The position numbers and the translations under genes were made by a program. Under the pieces are notes generated by a model. It had not been told where the DNA came from. It worked only from the letters and a program-made list of their open reading frames with translations, and did not search any database. Positions 41,989 to 49,322 of a stretch of 49,322 nt of DNA are shown here, piece after piece. Position 1 is the stretch's first letter. The number at the start of each line of letters is the position of its first letter. This DNA is from Anaerolineae bacterium (GTDB lineage Bacteria; Chloroflexota; Anaerolineae; UBA1429): NCBI GenBank assembly GCA_021162655.1, contig JAGGYI010000118.1, forward strand, positions 1-49,322, given 5' to 3'.

Positions 41989-42852
41989 TCACTTTGTCAA
42001 GTTGGATTCAGGGGGATTCTCTGTTTCCGGTCGACTGAAGATAAAGGCAAGGACGACTCCTATGAGGAAAGCGATTCCCAGTCCCCAGATGCTTGTGTGA
42101 AGGGGGTTATGGGGCCATAGGCCATAAACAGAGCCAACAATCAAACCGGCAATGCAATAGTAGGAAAGGGCAGGAGCGCGTTTGAGAGCGGTATCAATGA
42201 GCTTGGAAAAAATAATGATCCCTAGCACTGCGCCTATGCCTGTGGAAAGTAATGCGCCCCAGTGGATAATGAGGTTGCTTAGCTCAGCAACGGCTTGAAT
42301 GACGGGTGAATAAGTACCTCCAAGGAGAAGAATATATGAACCATCTAGACCAGGGGTTACACTGGCTCCACCTGCCAAGAAGCTAATTAGGAGGTTATAC
42401 AAGCTTCCCGTCAAGGTGCTAATCTTTTCTAAGGGAAACCCTTCGTTTGCGGGAGTGGCTGTTTTTAAAAGAACAACAAGGAGGAAGCCAAGAAGAAGGG
42501 CCGCTCCTCGAGGAAGGGAGAAACGCATGTCTTTGTGCATGCGAAAGACGGAGGGAAGGGTTCCGATTAGGAGACCCATAAAGAAAAACATTGTCGCTGC
42601 GGGGTAACGCTCAAGGACTATAGTGATGATCTTGGCTAGTATAAGCATGCCCAATACCATCCCCACCCCAAGGGGGAGGAGAAAGGCGAGGTATTCTTTC
42701 CACTTGTCGCGTTTTACGAGAATGTTCCCGAGGGCTTCGACAAAGTCCTGGTAGATTCCTAGCAGAATCAAAATCAGCCCACCGCCCAAGCCAGGAACAA
42801 TGTGGGTGATGCCATAAGCCATGCCCTTTAAAATCAGAACGAAATAGCGCAT
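41989..42852 (-). CDS. DUF368 family membrane protein (PopT-like polyprenyl-phosphate transporter family)
   Basis: 287 aa and polytopic. It has an internally duplicated signature IVPGLGGGLILILLGIY ... VTPGLDGSYILLLGGTY, resembling the DUF368 PG(V/I)SGG...G(I)Y repeat. Confidence 0.65.
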   Translation of the reverse strand: MRYFVLILKGMAYGITHIVPGLGGGLILILLGIYQDFVEALGNILVKRDKWKEYLAFLLPLGVGMVLGMLILAKIITIVLERYPAATMFFFMGLLIGTLPSVFRMHKDMRFSLPRGAALLLGFLLVVLLKTATPANEGFPLEKISTLTGSLYNLLISFLAGGASVTPGLDGSYILLLGGTYSPVIQAVAELSNLIIHWGALLSTGIGAVLGIIIFSKLIDTALKRAPALSYYCIAGLIVGSVYGLWPHNPLHTSIWGLGIAFLIGVVLAFIFSRPETENPPESNLTK

Positions 42853-42986
42853 TCTCTCCTCACTTTCTAAGAGGCTCTTGGGTTGCCCGCATTATAACAC
42901 AAGCAGAGGTTTTCGAGTAATCAGTACTTCGCGCTTTTGCCGGAGGGCTTTATAATAGGAAGCACACTGCTTTCTCTGGAGGTAAG

Positions 42987-43484
42987 GTGATACCAGTTGT
43001 TTCTGTCATCGGTTGGCATAACGTGGGAAAGACGGCTCTTATTGAAGAGCTTGTGCGTATTTTGAGAAGTCGCGGTTTTCGGGTTGCTGTTATAAAACAT
43101 ACTCGGGGAGACTTTCAACTTGATCGCGAAGGGACGGATACTTGGAGGTTTGCCCAGGCTGGGGCAGATGTCGTGGTAATTTCAGGGAAGCAGCAAGTGG
43201 CATTCATCGAGAATCGTGTGCGGGAGGCTAGGCTTGAAGAGATCGTCGAGCGACTTCCTCAATCGATTGATATCGTCATCACAGAGGGGTTCAAGCGCGA
43301 GAGAACCCTTAAAATTGAGGTGTTGCGTTCCTGGGAGGAGCGTATTACCTCGGATAGCGAAGCCCTTGCATTGGTTTGTCCCAATGGAGGAATAAGAGAA
43401 CAGACCATTGTTCCCTGCTTTTCTCCTGAGGAGGTTGCCCAAGTAGCAGAGCTGATAGTTGAGAAGTTTGGGTTGGGGAGATAG
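42987..43484 (+). CDS. mobB: Molybdopterin-guanine dinucleotide biosynthesis adaptor protein MobB
   Basis: VSVIGWHNVGKTALIEELV (P-loop), RVAVIKHT and EGFK motifs. 165 aa. Confidence 0.8.
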   Translation: MIPVVSVIGWHNVGKTALIEELVRILRSRGFRVAVIKHTRGDFQLDREGTDTWRFAQAGADVVVISGKQQVAFIENRVREARLEEIVERLPQSIDIVITEGFKRERTLKIEVLRSWEERITSDSEALALVCPNGGIREQTIVPCFSPEEVAQVAELIVEKFGLGR

Positions 43485-43507
43485 GATTTTCGCATAGATA
43501 TCATCAT

Positions 43508-44548
43508 CTACTGCCCCACATCAGGGTTATTCCCCGTCAAACGAGTAAGAACTGCCAAAGCCAAAAGGAGAAAAGCGCCTACTCCCGCAAGTATAGCTAG
43601 CTTTAGGGCTCGAGAGGGACAAAGAAGAGCAACGGCTCCCAAAAGTGCAGTGATGCTGTAGTAAAAGAGAACTATCCTTTTAGTGGGCCATCCCAAATCT
43701 TGAAGGCGAAAGTGAAGATGTCCTCGGTCTCCCAGGCTGATGGGTTGGCCCCGACGCCAGCGGCAATACACTTGCCAGGCTGCGTCGAGGATAGGCAACC
43801 AAAGTACAAGGAGGGCTGTAGCAACCTTGGCCCCTGCGACAATAGAAAGTGTCGCAACGGCATAGCCAAGCACATAAGCACCACCCCCCAAAAAAATCTT
43901 GGCGGGACTAAAGTTGTATGGGAGAAATCCTATGCACACGCCGAGAAGGGCCAGCGGAAGGAGGGCTACACTCTCTTGTCTTAAACGCAACATGTGAAGA
44001 AAAAGTACCAGGGAAGCGATTGCACTTACTCCTGTGGCCAGGCCGTCCAAACCGTCAAGCACGTTCATCGTTCCGGTCATTCCGACAATCCAAAATAGCG
44101 TCAGGGGAACCATTATGTACCAGTTCACCTTCACTTGTGCGTTGGTGAAGGGGTTATTAAAGAGCTCGATGAAAACTTTGAAGAGGATGGCCACAAAAGC
44201 TGCTAGAACCAGCCCTCCTACTTGAGGCCAGAAGGAGAGATGGCGGAAATCATCAAGGAGCCCTACTGCCCAAACAAGGCCTAGTCCGAGAAGTACCCCG
44301 ACGAGCCGGGTTTTCTCTAGTGGGTCTTGAGTGGGAATATGAAAACTCTGGGCTACCAGTATCGCTCCTAGAAAAGCAGGATAAAGGGCAAGCCCCCCTA
44401 GGCGCACTATTCGTCCTTTGTGTTTGCGCCTTCCTCCGGGGACATCCACTATTTCCCAGCGCTTTCCTACGTGGATTGCTAAGGGGGTGAGTAAGGCCGA
44501 TAATCCACCCGCTGTACCGAAAACAGCCAGAAAGATCCAGACAGACAT
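43508..44548 (-). CDS. Glycosyltransferase family 4 polyprenyl-phosphate sugar-1-phosphate transferase (MraY/WecA/TagO-like)
   Basis: Polytopic. It contains GLLDDF, NVLDGLDGLA and a cytoplasmic HLHFRL loop. The start was chosen at ATG 44548, which removes the overlap with upp. The ORF track extends to 44602. Confidence 0.8.
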   Translation of the reverse strand: MSVWIFLAVFGTAGGLSALLTPLAIHVGKRWEIVDVPGGRRKHKGRIVRLGGLALYPAFLGAILVAQSFHIPTQDPLEKTRLVGVLLGLGLVWAVGLLDDFRHLSFWPQVGGLVLAAFVAILFKVFIELFNNPFTNAQVKVNWYIMVPLTLFWIVGMTGTMNVLDGLDGLATGVSAIASLVLFLHMLRLRQESVALLPLALLGVCIGFLPYNFSPAKIFLGGGAYVLGYAVATLSIVAGAKVATALLVLWLPILDAAWQVYCRWRRGQPISLGDRGHLHFRLQDLGWPTKRIVLFYYSITALLGAVALLCPSRALKLAILAGVGAFLLLALAVLTRLTGNNPDVGQ

Positions 44549-44564
44549 GAGTAGGGTTCCCCTT

Positions 44565-45227
44565 TCACCCTGTGCCAAACTGCCTGTCCCCAGCATCTCC
44601 AAGGCCAGGAACGATGTATCCCTCTGGAGGATCGTCCGGAGAGCTGGGGGGCGGAGTCAAATGGTCGTCAATGGCAGCGATGTGCACATCGACGTCAGGA
44701 TGGGCCTTTGTAAGGGCATGAAGTCCTTCTGGAGCGGCGATGATTCCTACAAATTTGATCCTTTTGGCACCCCACTTTTTGAGTATGTCCACAGTGGCGA
44801 TAGCAGATCCGCCAGTGGCCAGCATAGGATCCAACACAAGGCAGACTTGTACCGTGGGGCTTACGGGCAGCTTGTTGTAATACTGTACAGGCTGAAGGGT
44901 TTTATGATCGCGGTAAAGACCAATATGCCATACTTCCGCCCCAGGCATAAGTTCCCAGATCCCATCAACCATGCCGAGGCCTGCTCGGAGGATAGGAACA
45001 AGCCCGATCTTTTCAGCCAGAGAGTAACCGGTAGTTTCTGCCAAAGGCGTAGTGACCGGAACCTGCTTCAGGGCTAGGTCGCGCGTTGCTTCATACCCTA
45101 GGAGCATAGAGATCTCGCGGACAAGTTCACGGAACTTTTTAGGTTCCGTATTTACGTCGCGGAGAAGCGTGAGTTTGTGCAACACTAAAGGATGTGAGGA
45201 AGGGAAAACCCGAGGGCCGAAATCCAT
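44565..45227 (-). CDS. upp: Uracil phosphoribosyltransferase
   Basis: [36 protein letters not shown] (PRPP loop) and [17 protein letters not shown]. The start is ATG 45227 with GGAGG upstream. Confidence 0.9.
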   Translation of the reverse strand: MDFGPRVFPSSHPLVLHKLTLLRDVNTEPKKFRELVREISMLLGYEATRDLALKQVPVTTPLAETTGYSLAEKIGLVPILRAGLGMVDGIWELMPGAEVWHIGLYRDHKTLQPVQYYNKLPVSPTVQVCLVLDPMLATGGSAIATVDILKKWGAKRIKFVGIIAAPEGLHALTKAHPDVDVHIAAIDDHLTPPPSSPDDPPEGYIVPGLGDAGDRQFGTG

Positions 45228-45327
45228 TTTACATAAACCTCCGATTTCCCTATCTAGATAAGAAAGCAAAAGGGAGGGTAGCCCCTAATACTCCGTTGCC
45301 ACCCTCCCTCCTTCCTACGACCTAGAA

Positions 45328-46275
45328 TCACGAATTGGCCTCTTCCTTGAGAAGGCGTTCCCACTCTTCGTCCACTTTGGCTTGAATCTCTTCCAGCAGC
45401 CATGCGTTAGCTGGCTGGAAAAGGTGCCGAAAGCGCCCTTGTGCTTTGAGCCACTCTGCCACTGGGACTTTGTTCCTGGGCTTGTAGTTCACAATAACCT
45501 TACCGTGATCTATCTCGTAAAGCGGCCAATAGCAAGTGTCAGCGGCCAGTTTGGAGATGGCCATGGTTTGATCACTGGGATGACGCCAGCCACGAGGGCA
45601 AGGCGCCAGAATATTCAGAACGGCCGGGCCGTCTACCGAGATTGCCTTTTTCACCTTGCGCATCAAATCTCGATAGTTATGGGGGGCCGCTTGGGCAACG
45701 TAGGGAATGTCATGTGCTGCCATAATGTGCGTGAAAGGTTTGCGCCATTGCACTTTGCCAGGGATAACCTTGCCCGCTGGCGAGGTTGTTGTGCTGGCTC
45801 CTCGGGGGGTGGCGCTGGAGCGCTGGATTCCAGTGTTCATATAGGCCTCGTTATTGAGGCACACATAAACAATTCTATGCCCTCGCTCAAGAGCCCCTGA
45901 AATGAACTGTAGACCAATATCATAGCTAGCGCCATCGCCCCCAAAAGCGATGAGCTTGATCTCTTTATCCTGGGGGATCTTGCCCGTGCGGCGGAGGGCT
46001 TTATAAGCTGCCTCTATGCCAGAGAGTGTTGTGGCGGCGTTCTCAAAAGCGCTGTGGATCCAGGGAACCCGCCAAGAGGTGTAGGGATAAACGGTTGTAG
46101 ATACTTCCAGGCATCCTGTGGCTGTTGAGACAACGACAGGATCGTCGATAGCCAGAAGGATTTGCCGGACGATAACGGGCTCTGCACAACCCGCACAAAG
46201 GCGGTGCCCTGGAGCAAGTCTTTCTTCCTTGTTTATGATGTCACGCAAATTTACGCGGATTCTTTCGGCCATCAT
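45328..46275 (-). CDS. porB: 2-oxoacid (pyruvate):ferredoxin oxidoreductase beta subunit (TPP-binding)
   Basis: CAGCAEP, GGDGASYDIGLQ (TPP motif GDG) and NNEAYMNTG. The start is ATGATG at 46275 with AAGGAGA upstream. Confidence 0.85.
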   Translation of the reverse strand: MMAERIRVNLRDIINKEERLAPGHRLCAGCAEPVIVRQILLAIDDPVVVSTATGCLEVSTTVYPYTSWRVPWIHSAFENAATTLSGIEAAYKALRRTGKIPQDKEIKLIAFGGDGASYDIGLQFISGALERGHRIVYVCLNNEAYMNTGIQRSSATPRGASTTTSPAGKVIPGKVQWRKPFTHIMAAHDIPYVAQAAPHNYRDLMRKVKKAISVDGPAVLNILAPCPRGWRHPSDQTMAISKLAADTCYWPLYEIDHGKVIVNYKPRNKVPVAEWLKAQGRFRHLFQPANAWLLEEIQAKVDEEWERLLKEEANS

Positions 46276-46317
46276 GCTTTCTCCTTTTCGATCTCCCACA
46301 CAGCAACGTGAGGGGCG

Positions 46318-47514
46318 TTACTCACGTAGACCGAGATAGCGCACCAAAGCGCCCCGCTCGCCAGTAGCAGCGATCTCTTGTAGATCTTGGTAGACGGACT
46401 CAATCATAGGCGGCACTGTATCACGACCTCCTAGGCCGTAAATATAGTCGACCACTGGTAGCCCTGTAATTCCTTCGTTGTAGAGGGCAGAAGTGATGTC
46501 TGTGAAGAGGGGCCCTGCACCCAGTGGTGTACCAAAGGAAATTGCCCTATCAAGTACCGCTACAGCTTTGCAGTTCTTGATGGCTTCGATGATCTCTTGA
46601 GCTGGGAAGGGACGGTATACGCGAGGTTTGATCACCCCCACCTTAATGCCTCGTGCGCGCCACTCTCGGGCAACTGTACGAGTCGTCCCTGCCGTAGAGG
46701 CAAGCACGATGATTGCATAGTCGGCGTCGTCCATTCCCCACATATCTACAATGGACTGAGGTCTTCCTGAGAGTTCCTCATACTCTCTAAATATCTGCTT
46801 CACGATGGGGAGGGCATTATTCATTGCCTCGGTTTGCTGTCTCTTGTGCTCGAAATAGTAATCGGTAAAATCCCAAGCTCCCATCGTCACTGGATGGTCA
46901 GTATCAAGCAGAGAATATTTGGGGTGATAAGTTCCAACAAATTCCTGTACCGCTTCATCGGGTAGGATGCCTACGCGCTCCACCCCGTGGCCGGTGATAA
47001 AGCCATCCTGGCAACTCATTACGGGGAGCAAAATGTCTGGATGTTCGGCGATGCGAATAGCCTTAATGGTGTTATCGTAAGCTTCTTGTCCTGTCTCAGC
47101 ATAGAGCTGAAGCCATCCCGAGTCTCGGGCGCCCATGCTGTCAGAATGATCACAGTGAATGTTCAGAGGGCTAGAGAGTGCTCGGTTCACTACTGTAAGG
47201 ACGATGGGCAGCCGCATCCCGGAAGCGATGTAAAGCATTTCCCACATGAGGGCAAGACCATTAGCTGCTGTAGCTGTCATCACCCGGGCACCCGCAGCGG
47301 AAGCGCCTACACAAGCGCTCATTGCGGCATGCTCGCTTTCAACTGGAACAAACTCGGTGTCGACAAGCCCATCAGCAACATACTGAGAAAAGTTCTGCAC
47401 GACCGCTGTCTGGGGTGTGATGGGGTAGGCAGCCACGACGTCTGGATTGATCTGTCTCATTGCTTGCGAGACCGCGTTGGCCCCATCCAGAGGCATATAC
47501 TTGCTTTCTACCAT
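46318..47514 (-). CDS. porA: 2-oxoacid (pyruvate):ferredoxin oxidoreductase alpha subunit
   Basis: 398 aa. AYPITPQT and ESEHAAMSAC motifs, in the standard gamma-delta-alpha-beta gene order. Confidence 0.85.
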   Translation of the reverse strand: MVESKYMPLDGANAVSQAMRQINPDVVAAYPITPQTAVVQNFSQYVADGLVDTEFVPVESEHAAMSACVGASAAGARVMTATAANGLALMWEMLYIASGMRLPIVLTVVNRALSSPLNIHCDHSDSMGARDSGWLQLYAETGQEAYDNTIKAIRIAEHPDILLPVMSCQDGFITGHGVERVGILPDEAVQEFVGTYHPKYSLLDTDHPVTMGAWDFTDYYFEHKRQQTEAMNNALPIVKQIFREYEELSGRPQSIVDMWGMDDADYAIIVLASTAGTTRTVAREWRARGIKVGVIKPRVYRPFPAQEIIEAIKNCKAVAVLDRAISFGTPLGAGPLFTDITSALYNEGITGLPVVDYIYGLGGRDTVPPMIESVYQDLQEIAATGERGALVRYLGLRE

Positions 47515-47549
47515 CTCGTAACTCCTCCTGAGGGATTCTCCATAGAACT

Positions 47550-47900
47550 TTATTTCTGAAAGTCGGCCTCTGGCACCATCTGAATCACTTTGCCCATTTC
47601 GCCTGTGATAGCATGTGGCTTTTTAACATTCACAGGGCATTGTTGAGCACAGATTCCACAGCCTTTGCAGTGATCATAGTCAAACCCGACCACCTTGCCA
47701 TCTTTTACTGTAATAGCTGCGTCGGGGCACACGATCCAGCAAATGAGGCACTGGGTGCACTGTTCTAGATCTCGTACCGGACGTAGGGTTCTCCAGGTGC
47801 CAGTGATATATGTCACCGAGTTTCCTGCATCCAAAACAATTCCACCGGGGTTAGCTTCTTTCCACGGTAGGTCTAGACGTGGAGCTTCTTTAGTTGCCAT
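47550..47900 (-). CDS. porD: 2-oxoacid:ferredoxin oxidoreductase delta subunit (2x[4Fe-4S] ferredoxin)
   Basis: CTQCLICWIVCPD and CKGCGICAQQCP cluster motifs. Confidence 0.85.
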   Translation of the reverse strand: MATKEAPRLDLPWKEANPGGIVLDAGNSVTYITGTWRTLRPVRDLEQCTQCLICWIVCPDAAITVKDGKVVGFDYDHCKGCGICAQQCPVNVKKPHAITGEMGKVIQMVPEADFQK

Positions 47901-47966
47901 CGAACTTTACCTCCATATCCTTGGCGGACTATACTTTTCCGACCAAAAAGAGAAAAGGGGCTTTTC

Positions 47967-48539
47967 CTACCCCTGTACACACTCCTCGTATGCGCGCTTT
48001 AGAGCTCGTACGTTTGCCTCGACGACTTCTGGGCGGAGCTTGCCTCCTAGCCGCTCCTTGGTAAGATGGATGATCGTATCAAGGTCAACGATGCCTGTTG
48101 CCTTGGAGACCACAGCTAGCATCATCGTGCTGGGGATGTCGCGCTTGATCTCCTCCAGGGCGATCTTGGAAGCGTCTACGCACCACACCTGGCCCCCCTT
48201 GAAATCCAGACGCTTGCGAATCTCTTGAGGAGTCTGTGAAGTGTTTATGATAATGATGCCATCCGGTTTAAGCCCTTCGGTGAGATCCACAACCCCGATG
48301 AGATTGGGGTTTACGACGATGACCATATCAGGCTCTAGGATGGGGGAGTGTATCTCGATCGGTTTGTCGCTGATTCGGGTATAGGCCTTAATCGGGGCTC
48401 CCATGCGCTCGGCTCCATATTCAGGGAAAGCTTGAAAATATTTCCCCGTCTCCATGGCAGCTTCGCCCAGGAGCTCTCCAGCTGTGACGACGCCCTGGCC
48501 GGCACGACCATGCCAGCGGATCTCTAACATCTGGTTCAT
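47967..48539 (-). CDS. porG: 2-oxoacid:ferredoxin oxidoreductase gamma subunit
   Basis: 190 aa. IRWHGRAGQGVVTAG is the typical gamma-subunit N-terminus. It is the first gene of the porGDAB-order operon. Confidence 0.85.
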   Translation of the reverse strand: MNQMLEIRWHGRAGQGVVTAGELLGEAAMETGKYFQAFPEYGAERMGAPIKAYTRISDKPIEIHSPILEPDMVIVVNPNLIGVVDLTEGLKPDGIIIINTSQTPQEIRKRLDFKGGQVWCVDASKIALEEIKRDIPSTMMLAVVSKATGIVDLDTIIHLTKERLGGKLRPEVVEANVRALKRAYEECVQG

Positions 48540-48696
48540 CCTTGATACCTCCTAGCGAGTTCTGTGGCCACACATAAAAAACGCACAGCACCCTTTTAGC
48601 ACTGCAGCGCCCAAGGTGATCTAAAAACGATGATCCAAGCTTGAATTATACAACCTCCTGACAAACCTATTGTATGCCAGAGAGAGTGGTGTTGTC

Positions 48697-48732
48697 AAAA
48701 AGAAAAAAAGCCTCCCTTCTATGAAGGGAGGC
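48697..48732 (-). terminator. Rho-independent terminator downstream of the DksA/TraR-like gene
   Basis: On the minus strand it reads GCCTCCCTT-catag-AAGGGAGGC followed by TTTTTTTCTTTTT. Confidence 0.65.
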
Positions 48733-48798
48733 TAAAATTCCGGGAGCTCATAGATCGCCAAGGTCATTCTCATTTTCTTCGAGCTCTTCAGTAAAGAG

Positions 48799-49188
48799 CT
48801 ACTCTGTTGTATCTACACGTAGCTGATGCCGACGAATTCCTTGCTCGAGCTCGCTTGCACAACGAACGCAAAGCGTTGTCTCAGGCATGATTTCTAAACG
48901 TTCTTTCGGGATGACACTTCCACATTTTTCGCAGATCCCGTATTTCCCCTGTTCTGCCAATTCAATTGCTCGCTCGAGGGAGTGAACCTTGGCCTCCAAG
49001 CTCTGGATGAGGGAAACTATTTTGCCACGCTCATAGATGTCAGCGGCGGCCTCTGCCGCCGAGTCGTCATCAGTCGCTGAGGTAGGTTCTACCTCTGCCT
49101 GGAGTTCTTGTTTAAGACGCTCTATTTCCTCTAATGTATGCTGACGTATCGCCTGCAGACGTTCAATCTCTTTTTCTTGCCTTGCCAT
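48799..49188 (-). CDS. DksA/TraR-family C4 zinc-finger protein with an N-terminal coiled coil
   Basis: CEKCGSVIPKERLEIMPETTLCVRCASE (CxxC-17-CxxC) preceded by a Glu/Leu/Gln-rich helix. 129 aa. Confidence 0.75.
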   Translation of the reverse strand: MARQEKEIERLQAIRQHTLEEIERLKQELQAEVEPTSATDDDSAAEAAADIYERGKIVSLIQSLEAKVHSLERAIELAEQGKYGICEKCGSVIPKERLEIMPETTLCVRCASELEQGIRRHQLRVDTTE

Positions 49189-49209
49189 CTTATCACTCCT
49201 TGAGCGGCA

Positions 49210-49322
49210 CTAGAACGTAATCAAGGAGAAAACATCATAGCCCTCTAGCTTACTACGTCCATGGAGGAACTCGAGCTCGATAAGAAATGCTATACCCTCA
49301 ACCTTGCCACCTAATTGCTCAA
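49210..49322 (-). CDS. apt: Adenine phosphoribosyltransferase, C-terminal fragment (5' part outside the window)
   Basis: The minus-strand frame gives ..[36 protein letters not shown], matching the conserved Apt C-terminus (..aF.IEL.fL.Gr.kL.gydv.SL..y). The stop TAG is at 49210-49212. Confidence 0.7.
   Translation of the reverse strand, partial: EQLGGKVEGIAFLIELEFLHGRSKLEGYDVFSLITF

Noticed and set aside
42987-43484. MobB taken as an indicator of a molybdenum-cofactor locus
   Set aside because: No mobA, moa or moe genes or molybdoenzyme genes are adjacent. It appears to be an isolated housekeeping gene.

Overview
This is a 49.3-kb chromosomal window of roughly 50-55% GC by eye, with frequent GGAGG-type ribosome-binding sites. 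Gene content looks like a thermophilic Chloroflexota (Anaerolineae-like) bacterium, but that taxonomy is inference only. I saw no rRNA, tRNA, CRISPR array, transposase or integrase.

Gene order from left to right:
- Pyrimidine synthesis: the tail of a PyrF-PyrE fusion, then pyrD and pyrK.
- A TauE/SafE exporter.
- A three-gene AddAB-like module: a degenerate UvrD-like protein, an intact UvrD-like helicase, and a stand-alone Fe-S PD-(D/E)XK nuclease.
- An M55 peptidase, an Ldh_2 oxidoreductase and a LarA-like protein.
- A 1094-aa cytoplasmic protein with a double zinc ribbon, a Ser/Thr-kinase-like domain lacking its catalytic residues, and seven tandem Ig-like modules. It sits directly upstream of a DarA/PstA-type c-di-AMP receptor gene.
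- A catabolic block: beta-hydroxyacid dehydrogenase, flavin reductase, an intact plus a degenerate amidohydrolase, a DegT aminotransferase, a frameshifted DapA-family lyase, and KDPG aldolase.
- A MacAB-like efflux module with a membrane protein, then a SagB-type nitroreductase lipoprotein.
- A promoter-bearing, roughly 240-nt structured intergenic RNA candidate.

The strongest candidate for something new follows. A clear cobalamin riboswitch with a terminator-type expression platform drives three exported proteins and no transporter. The first is a 908-aa secreted protein made of three prenyltransferase-like alpha/alpha-toroid modules. The other two are paralogous Cys-rich proteins with a transcobalamin-beta-like (DUF4430-like) domain, one of them on a long Pro/Thr stalk with a C-terminal membrane anchor. 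I read this as a possible extracellular B12-capture system with a split transcobalamin-like architecture.

The right part of the window holds two TIM-barrel/Gfo-Idh-MocA gene pairs with an epimerase and a Thr-variant sulfatase-like enzyme. After that come a DUF368 (PopT-like) protein, MobB, a GT4/WecA-like transferase, upp, porGDAB, a DksA/TraR zinc-finger protein and the tail of apt.
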